From contig CM060732.1 in assembly GCA_030704615.1 (NCBI GenBank), positions 46,748,001 through 46,812,000 on the forward strand: 64,000 nt of DNA, read 5' to 3'. This document shows, in pieces, positions 52,778-64,000 of this stretch (the stretch's first letter is position 1; every line of letters begins with the position of its first letter). This stretch comes from Takakia lepidozioides. Lineage: Eukaryota; Plantae; Bryophyta. Under the pieces are notes generated by a model. It saw only the letters and a list, made by a program, of their open reading frames with translations, had not been told where the DNA came from and did not search any database. Both the position numbers and the translations under genes were made by a program.

Positions 52778-53474
52778 GGCGTCCCCTCCTCACGATCCAC
52801 CGAAATCGATCTGCTGCGGCGATCACCAGAAGCAGGAGTTGTCAATGAATCTTCCCTATAAGTTACCTCAATCTCCACGAAAAACCTCCAACACACACAA
52901 ACAAAAAGCCTGGGGAAGGAGTCACAAGGCCCGCTTGATCCTCCCCCAAATCCAGCAACAGATTAACAAAACGTGATGATGATGATTGATGTGCAGACAG
53001 ATAGTTGGAGCCTTGCCTCTCTCCTAGTTACTCTGCACTGCCTCACTAGTAGGCCGCCCTTTTGCGGTGCCGTCTCTCCTATTTACTGTTCACTTTTTAA
53101 TTCTACCATGTGCTATTTTCTTTTCTTTTTCTAATAAAGGACACCTGGGCGACAGCGCACAGCCTTGTTGTCTATTTTCATTGAATAATTATTAATTTAA
53201 TTGATATTTTCTTAAAAGACCTTATTGGTTTTTGAGGAAATTCAGAAAAGTAAAAAAGAGTTAACCAACTTGATAGCCACGCGCCCGAGCTGTCAATTTG
53301 TTTGGATTTATTTAAGCTATAATTTAGTGATTGCTACTGGAATATTATACTATATGGGATATTAATTGGCGATTCTGATTCTGACCTAAAGGCACATTCG
53401 AGGGGACAAAGCACGCGGTACTAATCACATGGTGACAAGTGTCTATTTCGAGGGTAGCGGGCAATCTTGAATCG

Positions 53475-53488
53475 GACGTGGCCACGTG
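53475..53488. promoter_or_regulatory. Adjacent ABRE/G-box cores ~700 bp upstream of the GDI start codon
   Basis: GACGTGGCCACGTG contains ACGTGGC and CACGTG. Motif match only. Confidence 0.3.
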
Positions 53489-54777
53489 TAGGCGGCCTCA
53501 ATTGCGTTAGGGCATACGAGGCATTAAGTTATTGTCTCCCTCTCTCTCTGCTGTCTGTGTCTCTGGCACTGCAACTGTTGTTCAGTCGCTCTGATCGATG
53601 AGAATGTCAGGGAACCCTCAATTTCCTGCAACCAGATTACCAGCTGAGGTCTGCAGTGTGAATTTTTCGTCTTCACATATGTTTTTGAAAGGGAAGTCTG
53701 GACGATCAAACTTTATTAGAAAACCCCACCAACAAAGAGCAGGAGCTAGAAAGGCCACAAAAGGCTCTGAAAGAAGTCCTTGGAAAACAAGGCCTTCCAG
53801 CACTGATTGTTTCCACCATCTGGCTACTGAAGGTGAAGGTGAAACTCCCTGATCCAAAAAACAGACAGAATGATGGTCAAACCTCATTCCTCTGTAAAAA
53901 CTCAGCAACCAAAGGTAGTAATGGAAACCTAGATGGCTCCAACAGTGGACTCCTGCCCTTTCATTCTGGAATCAGGGACTCACTCTCCCCCCTCTGTCTT
54001 CATTACAATGGCAGGCAAATTCGAGGCTACAGCAGCCATGCAAGTAACAAAAGTGTGTTTTCTGGCAGAAGCCTGTACCAGCATCAAACCCTCAACTCCT
54101 TGTAACCAAAATCATGTGCTCTAGTGATTCAAATGTAGGCTGGAATACAGGGGTGGGTAGAGACCACACAACCGGCTGCCAAAGCTGTCTTCCAATTCAA
54201 CACAACACCACACTAGAATATTCATCCACATTATGTATCAGATTCACAATTGTCAGCAGCTCTAGGTAGCACAATCCCACATATAGAAGGTAGGTTATAA
54301 AAAAGCTATGGCAGTTCAGTCATTGCGGGGGGAGGGGTTTTAAATATCGAACTTGATCCTGCGCAACTTCAATAATCTCTCTCGCTCTCTCTAAAATGCC
54401 ACAACAACATTCCATCACATGCATCTCTCAGAGAGAATCTCAGTCATACATGACGACCTGCATGGAACCTGTAGAAACAGGAAGTTTACAAACATCAAGA
54501 TCTGTAAGGATTCTTTGTGCCCACTTTACATCCAGAGGAAAACCATCGGATATTCCAAGTGTAAGAGATAAGGGATGAACGGCAACAACATGACAACAAT
54601 GGGTGGTGTGAAAAGGCTGTGAAAGTAAAAAATGGATTCCAATGGTATGTGGGCTGTCTTTGCAGTCCATTTAAGATGGACAAGACTGACACAACACCCT
54701 TCTGAAGTCCCAGAAGGTAGGTTTAGAAGAGGATCATCCCAAGAATGCCTAACAAGTCAGAAGCTAGAGAAAAGATG

Positions 54778-55994
<1,217 letters not shown>

Positions 55995-57876
55995 CTTGTC
56001 AGCACTTTCTCTCTTCAAAATCGAATGGGATCCTCTTTAAAAGCTTATTTTATCAAATCGATGCAGTTGATTGTATGCTGTGTAGAATCAACTATAAAGC
56101 ACATTCTTCACCGACCCTATTTTCTTGTATACATCTCTTCATCTCAACTCTTCTTTCCTTCGTTCCTATCCAAGACGAATCGAAGTATCTTTCTCAGAGG
56201 CAGCAAGAGTGCCAGATAAAATTCAGTATGAATGCTTAAGAATCAGTCAGAGAACCACAGCAGTCCATACCATCCAACTAGGAACATATCTTACACATGC
56301 GTAGCGAACGGACTAACAAGAGAGCTCCTCATGTTAAATCCTTCACACGGACATCCAATTTAGGTTTAGTTTGTAGGTCCGAGCCTAGGGCGGACCTTCC
56401 AGAAATTCTCGGGAGCCCTCGCGGGCTCCGGAGGGGGGTTGGAAATAGTTTTCAACCAGCAATTGACGCGTCTCGGTTTCACCTCACTAACTGCGTCATT
56501 GCCCCAAGCGCAAAGATGCTCTAAGCGGCGGTGGGTCCTGTGTTATATACCCGCTGAGACTGTAACTCTGGGCAAACGGTATGGGATAAATAAAACCCAA
56601 GGAAATATATATCGTGCGGTCTCTATACTATGCTCCAGTCCAACATATTTGCGGTGGCGTCAAGCACACAAAGTCTCCTCCGCTCCACGTCTTGCAGTAT
56701 GTGTACAAACTGAGTTGGCTACATACTTGCAGGTTCTCCCTAATCATCCACGTACTTTGTCTCCCTCCAAATTGTCTGCTATGGATCTGAAGCAATTCAA
56801 AGCAATTCTCGATGATAGCAAAGCCCTTCGACATTGGGAAGAAATGAGCCGGGAGATAGATCCACTACTGCGTGCTCTCGTCTTACGCCACAACCTATTC
56901 AGACGGCATTGATGTTGGAAGTAGGTGAGACAGCATTGGGAGACGCAGATTTGGGTGAGAAACTGGAGACATAATCTGTGTTCGGCAATCCGCGATAGAT
57001 GAGCTGGCGAACTCATCGTGGCAGAGTTTGCATCCGGCCTCCAGGTTCCTGCAGTGCTATGTTCCCAGCATCCTTTGCAAACAACAGCTTTTTCGTTTTC
57101 TCAAAAATTGGTGGAAGCTGTGCTCAGTGATAGTGCGTTCACAGAGGCGTTTGCTGCTGATGCAATCGAATAAAACTTGGATGACTTTTGGATTGATCTG
57201 AATTTCTCTAGCAAATGAAGCTACACTTAAAAATGTATACAGTTTTTGTTTGCAGTCCCTTTACCTTGGCCAGGGGGTTACACACATCACAAATAGCCGG
57301 CACCATGATAAAATCTCCTACTTGAGTGCTCCTCTTTCAGTTCCTTGTTTGGGACATCTCTACTATCTGTGGTGATATACTGAAACTGTATGAAAACCAG
57401 CGACCAGCTGGGTGAATCAGGTAGACCAATCAGGTTTAATGTTATGGGAGTAGTCTTCCTTCTCTGGCTGTGCATTCCAAATTGGAGAGACAGAAGAGGA
57501 GGATTCCATTCAGTGTGCAGGAATGAACTACTTCTCAACACTAGCAATAAGTTACCATCCACATCATGTCACTGCCAAGAATTTCAGTATTATAGACGGA
57601 AAAGGGGAAGTTCATGAATCCTCAATAAGAAGATGACCACCGGGACCCAAAGGACCCTGTCCACAATCTGACCTACATCCTAAACTCGATAGTAACCAAT
57701 ACCCAAACTTCCTGACAATGTACCTTGTCCTCGACTTTGACAAAAATAAGATGAGACCACTGCATAAGTTTCTATCAGGACCTGCAAAGATTGAGCTACA
57801 TAAAAGGGCAAAGATTACACTCCCAGTCATTCTCATGTGGTCCCCCAACAAACCAGGGCCCCAACAATTGAGACAG

Positions 57877-60800
57877 CTACTGGTGAAGGTGTTCTGTGCC
57901 AACACCAGGAATGGGAAACTGGCTAGCAAATGACTCCACTCTCTTTCTAAGCTCCGCTATGTCCCCCATCTGCTGGCACTGCTCGGACTCTATGTACTCC
58001 ATGAAGTCCTTCACCTTCGTCCCTTTGCATGTGCCCTTGGCTCTGATAGCAAGTTGCACTCCTTCATGGATGAAGTCTGCAACCTTGACGAAGTCGTCTT
58101 TGTTTAATCCACGTGTGGTGAGGGCAGGTGAACCAATGCGAATCCCACCTGGCACCATTGCACTCTTATCTCCTGTATCCCCCCCAAACCCAAAATTATA
58201 GCAGAATTTAGTGAAAACAAGGACACGGGCTCTAACTCTGCAGTTCACCTTTTAGGAACGAAGGAGGATGACTGATCCGTTCTCCACTCAGCAATACTGA
58301 TAATACAATTGGAGAGAAAATGAACTACTCTTCAAAATAACAGCCCGTCGACAAGTAAACTTACTCGGGAGTCAACAGCTCGTGTTATGTCCAGTACATT
58401 CACATCAATACCGGATCATTTGGAAGTTCTAGCCTCACCCTCTAGCCAATACGGTGCTCTCTTACTCCAATGATTCCAAAGGGTATCCGATGATAAAGCA
58501 CTGCGAGCACACCCCATAGATGGTTCTGGGGCAATCCACTCTGGGCTACATTGAAGGCTGGGTGTCCACCAGCCGGAGGAAGTTATGTCTCGCACTCTTG
58601 CCAACCTATGAGGGCCCCTTGCAGTATCATTGGGACCACCTGTGACAATTTCTTGCACCAGGACAGGAAAGCCTCGACAAATGACACACACCTTGTAGAC
58701 AAGAGATCCCAGCAAACTCACCTGGCACAGAATTCTTATTGAGGGTAATGGATGCCATATCCAGTACCTTCTCAGCCCTAGCCCCATCTGCTCCCTGCCA
58801 AGCAGTGATAATGTTTCAATATATCAGTATAGCAGTGCAAAAGAAGCCTTCTTCAGTGGTCCATTTACCAACCCTTTGCATTATAGCAAGGCTTTCAGAG
58901 AGCTTAAATGAGTTGCCCCAACAAATACACTTTCAAGTGTGCTCAATGCAGACGATATATTTGCTAAAAAGTGGATGTCTTACCAGGGGTCTAAGATCAA
59001 CAAGCACAAGATGGTTGTCAGTGCCTCCCGAGACAAGCGTATATCCAAGCTCCAGCAACCTGCCTGCCAATGCTCGACAGTTTTCTATCACCTGCCAAAC
59101 ACAAAACATCCACTTGTTACAGATGCATATAATGCTCTGAGACTGTCTGCAAGTTGAGAAAGGATGCATGACTGGTATGAGGTGAGCACCCACAGTAAAG
59201 ATCCATTGGAACAGTGAGCCTCTGGATCATTATTGCCACAATGACATCATGATATGGCAGGTGCTGCAATTTGCCGATTTCAATGGTACATGTAATTTAA
59301 CAACAAATTGCAAGAGTAGCAATTTAGATTGTCTAAGCTATTTCTGTTCATTCATGTTCTCCACTCCCATAGCTACAAGTCATCATCAATTATGGCCTAT
59401 GGATGGATAGCAACTCAACAGGCAGCTACCTGTTGTTGGTACGCGTTGAATTCTGGGGCAGCTGCTTGCCTTAGGCATACTGCTAGCCCTGCAATTGTGT
59501 GATTATGTGGCCCTCCCTGTAACAAATCCAGCGACAAATCAGAAACTGTCATTTCACCAGTGTGTAGAATAAAGACAAGTTCTGTCACTATGGACACGGC
59601 AATTCCAACAGATACTTGAGAGAAACCAAGCTACTGCAGGGTTCCATCAGATTCACTGAAAACCCTCCTAAAACGTAACTGGTCCAAAGACTGCCACTTG
59701 ACTCAAGCAAGACCTGCATTCTGAGTACCTGAAGGCCAGGAAATACAGCATTGTTGATCGATGTCTCTAAGTCAACTCCCAACACATTTGCCTTCCTGAA
59801 GAAGATCATGCCACCCCGCGGACCTCTCAAAGACTGCCACACAACCACAACTTATAAGCTGAATTGTATCATATCAGCAAAAAATGACCCTCTGCATTTA
59901 TTCACTCTGGAGGTTAAAACCTTGTGCGTGGTCGTAGTGACAACATCACAGAAGTCGAATGGGTTGCCAACCACACCAGCTGCCACAAGGCCACTGATGT
60001 GCGCCATGTCCATCATGAGAAATGCACCAACACTGTCAGCTATCTGCAGGATCACACCACCTACCATAAGTCTTACCGTGTTGTAAAAACACCCTCAAAG
60101 GTTTCTATCTCAGCAACAATGGAAGACAGCTCACAATTTTAGGCCACAGTTGCAGCTAACAAAAAATTGGCGACTTAGGCTGATAATTGTGTTTGTGATT
60201 GCTGAGGCCCAACGGTCAAATAATATATAGGAGGATATGGTTCCAATGCAGTAACCTGTGTGTACCTTGCGCATACGTGGATAGTCGAAGTCTCGAGGGT
60301 ATGCACTTGCCCCAGCTATGAGGAGTTTTGGCCGAAACAATGCCGCAGTCTGTTCCAAGACATCATAGTCCACCAGCCCTGTTGCCCCAAACACAGCCAT
60401 GTCCAATAGGATTTCAGGGTTGTATTGATCCCCCATGTTTTGTAACAAGTTGACTGATAATGTGTCACACAAGGTGACATTCAATATGTCCCTGTCTCTG
60501 GTGTAACCTACATAGCCAATCACTGCATCTGCTAATGTGTAGAAGATCAGTCCTAGTGCAATACCAAATTCAAGATAAAAACACAAGTGGTAAACCAACC
60601 TGTTCCCTCATTGAGACGATATGGCATGGATTCAAAATAGACTGATGTAGCTGATACACGCCTTTTGGGCGTCATGAAACCATGTGACAAATGCCCACCA
60701 TGTGGCAAGTCAAGGCCCTGTGCAAAAATAATACAGTGATTATCACCATGATGACATCCCCTCACACTCTCACTCTCTCCCCCCTCAGGGCGGGAAGCCT

Positions 60801-62788
60801 ACCTTTGAACAGCAAACAGATGCAGAGAGGAAAGAGGGATTGCAATTGCCCGTTGTGCGGGCAACCTGTAGACAACATTCATTTTCTGATTCATTGTCCT
60901 GGGTACCCTCACGAGAGAGACGCCCTCTTCAAATCCATCAAGGGAATTGTGCCTGAACCTCTATTTACCAACTTTGAAAGTCTCGAGGCTGAGCCAAAAG
61001 CCCAGGGCCTAGTTATTGCACAAACCACACACAGGAAGGATATCTGGAAAACTCGGATTAATTGTCTGTTCCAAGGTAAGTCATACTACCAGCGTCAGCC
61101 CCTGACAAAGTAGTTTCTGTCAGTTTGTGTTCTGCTCAAACTGAGCGCGGGGTCAATGGCCACAAAGCTACGGCAAACAACGTCTTATGAGTACATTCTC
61201 TCCCCTCAGAAGACAAGTCAAAAGGGGGATGGCCACTCACACTAGTAAAAGGTCTTTCATGTGACCCCTAAACAGTATGGTTGCCAAGGCACATAAGAAG
61301 CGGGAAGGACTAGTGGACTCTCAATGCATATAAGACTGTTTGCACAAAGAAAGCCCCTAATGGAGCAGGAAGAGACAGGATGGCTGGTGTACCATTATTC
61401 GGTCATGGGGTTGAAGCAGGGCCGTGTAAACTGCAAAGTTGGCTGGTGAGCCAGAGAGTGGCTGCACATTGACACCCCATTCACTAGAGTCCACATGAAA
61501 TGTTGCCAGAGCTCTTTGCTGGCACAGCCTCTCACTCTGATCAATATATTCATTGCCTCCGTAGTACCTGTGTTGCAGACAAGTCCATAATGATCCCTAA
61601 TTATCTGGCCCGTTAATATAGAGGCCAATGCCACCTCATAAAGATCTGCAAATGTCTAGAATTCACTTTCTGGCTGACGTAGCTCAATCAATTCTACTGC
61701 AATTTGATATAGATTCACCAATAACCAGGCTAACAGCAGCCTTCAGGGTTTAAGGATAAGAACTAGACTTCTAAACCTTAAACCCTTGACCATCTGTCCT
61801 AAAACCCCCAAGGAAGATAGAAATTTGCCTTTGATCAAGCTCACCTCTTACCAGGCAAACCCTCGGAATACTTATTCGTAAGGCAGGAACCAACAGCCTC
61901 CATAACTGCACGAGATGTGAAGTTCTCTGAAGCAATTAACTCCAAGCCCCGAAACTGCCGTCGTTTCTCACACTCAATTATGGCATGCACATCGGGGTCG
62001 GCTTCTCCGAGTGGTGGGTCCACCAGTCGAACAGCTGCTTCTACAGAAGCCACATCAGATCCTAATCAAATAGAATGTACCTAAGAGACGTTGTTTTCCA
62101 TACTCTTGTGGCCATAGACCCTGCGCCCAGTTTGGGCGGAACAAGAGGGAACAGATACTACCTTTGTGAGGGGCTCACTGCAGTAGTGGGACTTACCTTG
62201 GTATCTACAATTGGTTCTGGCTTTCCAGATTTCCTCTAGAAAGCCCGTCATACAAGCATCAATCTGCTGTGTAAGAGCTGCCCAGCAATCAGAACCCAAC
62301 CAAATAGAAAGCATTGTGAAGGAAGGACCTTGGACAATCCCGTCGGATTAAAAAGTGTGATACGTAAATAAAGTAGAGGAAATGGACAAGCATTATGGTG
62401 TCATCAATAAGAAAGTCGAAGTGAATTCGATACAGGAAGGTAATGCAAATACACACTCATTCGAATTGCGAAGAATAAATAGAAGTCTGAGAGAAACAGA
62501 GAGGACACACACACCATCGGGAACCGAGACTTGAGCCGGCGCACTGAAGCAGAAGACAGAGCGACGAGGCTGGCTTACTCTCGCAGGAAACCTCACACTC
62601 CCATACGGAATCAGCTCCACCTTCTTGGCACCGAGTCCACCAGGAAGCATCCTCAACCCCACCATTAAATCCATGCTCCGCTGCGCCTTCCTACCAGATG
62701 AATTCAGGCAGTTGCACTTTGGCGGATCTACCGACCTCTGCCCTCCAAAAGGCAGCTCCCTAATCCTCACCCCCGCCGCTAAATCCAT
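57877..62788 (-). CDS. SHMT: Serine hydroxymethyltransferase, plastid (SHM3-like) type; 11 exons (62788-62515, 62061-61845, 61567-61393, 60717-60600, 60378-60266, 60043-59921, 59833-59729, 59516-59430, 59091-58984, 58794-58722, 58172-57877); 562 aa, or 524 aa from the ATG at 62674
   Basis: [67 protein letters not shown] (PLP lysine), GGPHNH and FPIPGV, plus a transit-peptide-like N-terminus. Confidence 0.96.
60789..61199 (+). mobile_element. 5'-truncated LINE in SHMT intron 3
   Basis: [25 protein letters not shown]; ends TCTTATGAGTACATTCT. TSD TCTCTCCCC(CC)TCAG at 60774-60788 and 61197-61209. Confidence 0.88.
62073..62300 (-). mobile_element. 5'-truncated LINE in SHMT intron 1
   Basis: [21 protein letters not shown]; ends AGGTACATTCT on the minus strand. 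TSD TTCTATTTG (plus-strand CAAATAGAA at 62067-62075 and 62301-62309). Confidence 0.85.
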
Positions 62789-63315
62789 GCTCTGCTCTGC
62801 TTTGCTTTCTAGCACCAGCCCACCTCCGAGCTGCGGGTCCTTCCTCTCGGTAGGATTGTGTCGTGCACTACAAAAAGGCCACCATGCTCCGTAGGGTATA
62901 ACTGCAAGCAAACAGAATATTCCATTATGCCATTATTCCATCTATATTCTTAAGGATTTCTGTGGCATATGGGGTGTACAGTCCCTCGCCTAACCTCAAA
63001 AGGTATCCGGATAAAAAATATAATATATATATAGACCCCTCCGGAAGGGAGAGTAAATTATGGTGTCTCTTCACCACAAGGGCTACTACCTTCCGGCTGA
63101 AAGGTGGACACTGGACACCTTCATGACACACCAGACGGTGGTTTGAACCCACAACCACATTTGACGTGGTATGTGCCCATTACCACTGGGCTACATGCTA
63201 CAGGTATTTGGATAGATTGTATACCCGCTCAATACAGGTTAGAAGTTACGACTAGGGCTTCGCGTTGCTCCGCACTACTTGCACCGAATTCTGCGAACTA
63301 CGTTCAATTTTTCAC

Positions 63316-63590
63316 AAAAAGGGGTGGGTCATCCCCATGGTGTTACATACATACATCCCATATTTCATTGTTTTCCGGAAGAAGAACGGCGGAGTGTTGC
63401 CGAAGCTACCATATTATTTTTATTTTTCAAAGGAAATAGGGCCGAAATCCTGCTGGTCCCTCCTCTTCGGCATCCCCAGAGTTTGGGAAGCATAAAAAGG
63501 GGTGGGTCATCCCCAGAGTGTTACATACATACATCATGTGTTTCTTTGATTTCAAAAAAATGGTGGATTGTTGCTGAGGCTACCACATCT
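63316..63590 (+). repeat. Direct repeat pair (~100 bp, period ~178 bp)
   Basis: AAAAGGGGTGGGTCATCCCCA..GTGTTACATACATACATC...GTTGC.GA.GCTACCA at about 63316 and 63494. Confidence 0.8.
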
Positions 63591-64000
63591 TGTTTAGCCA
63601 TTCTGTCAAACGCTGAGAATGCATCCTTCATACTCCCACATTTGGCATACATGTCAACTAGAGTAGTCTCCGGAATGATATATGGGGCAATCCCAGCTTG
63701 TGTCGTAGAACGCGATGCTTGCAGGGTATGCACAGCAGGGGCGCGGGATGAAGGTCTGCTTCTGTAAGGTACTTCTTTGTGATGCAGTGCTGGTTCAAAA
63801 ATTTCAGAGCCTCTTTCAGTGTGCCTCATATAGTGTCCTCACAAGTTCAGAAGCGCCAAAAGAAATCTTGAGAACTTCCTCCCAGGGTCCTCTTTTGGAA
63901 GTGGAGATCATTGTGGAGGTGCCTGATTTTATCAATTGTGCTGCCACTGCCCCTTCAAGATGACCATCTACCCTTGCAGATTTTTTGTAGCTGTCAATCC
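63575..64000 (-). pseudogene. PLS-class PPR gene fragment
   Basis: TLVDMYAKCGSMKDAFSAFDRMAKQDVV, with decayed flanking motifs. Runs off the window end. Confidence 0.7.

Overview
Eukaryotic nuclear DNA, most likely from a non-seed land plant (inferred from intron-rich plant genes, PLS-type PPR fragments and the transposon types). Four intact spliced genes lie on the minus strand: an F-box/kelch protein (3 exons, 377 aa), Rab GDP-dissociation inhibitor (13 exons, 445 aa), a guanosine-deaminase-like protein (3 exons, 191 aa) and a plastid-type serine hydroxymethyltransferase (11 exons). About 8-42 kb is a nested transposon island: P/THAP9-like transposase > hAT > Penelope-like retroelement, plus CACTA, Gypsy, LINE fragments and MITEs. 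Main observations: (1) a ~21 kb inversion between two inverted copies of a Penelope-associated 1.2 kb repeat, shown by a hAT element whose second end, 8-bp TSD and host transposase are all flipped; (2) a Penelope-like RT with no recognisable GIY-YIG endonuclease, an unassigned N-terminal region and a long structured 3' extension; (3) a decayed SET-domain gene just upstream of, and probably inside, a CACTA element; (4) a deaminase whose zinc-ligand motif reads PCPMS instead of PCxxC and which has an N-terminal hydrophobic segment; (5) a LINE family ending in GTACATTCT whose three intronic insertions all have TSDs starting with TCT. All calls were made by eye, with no database searches.
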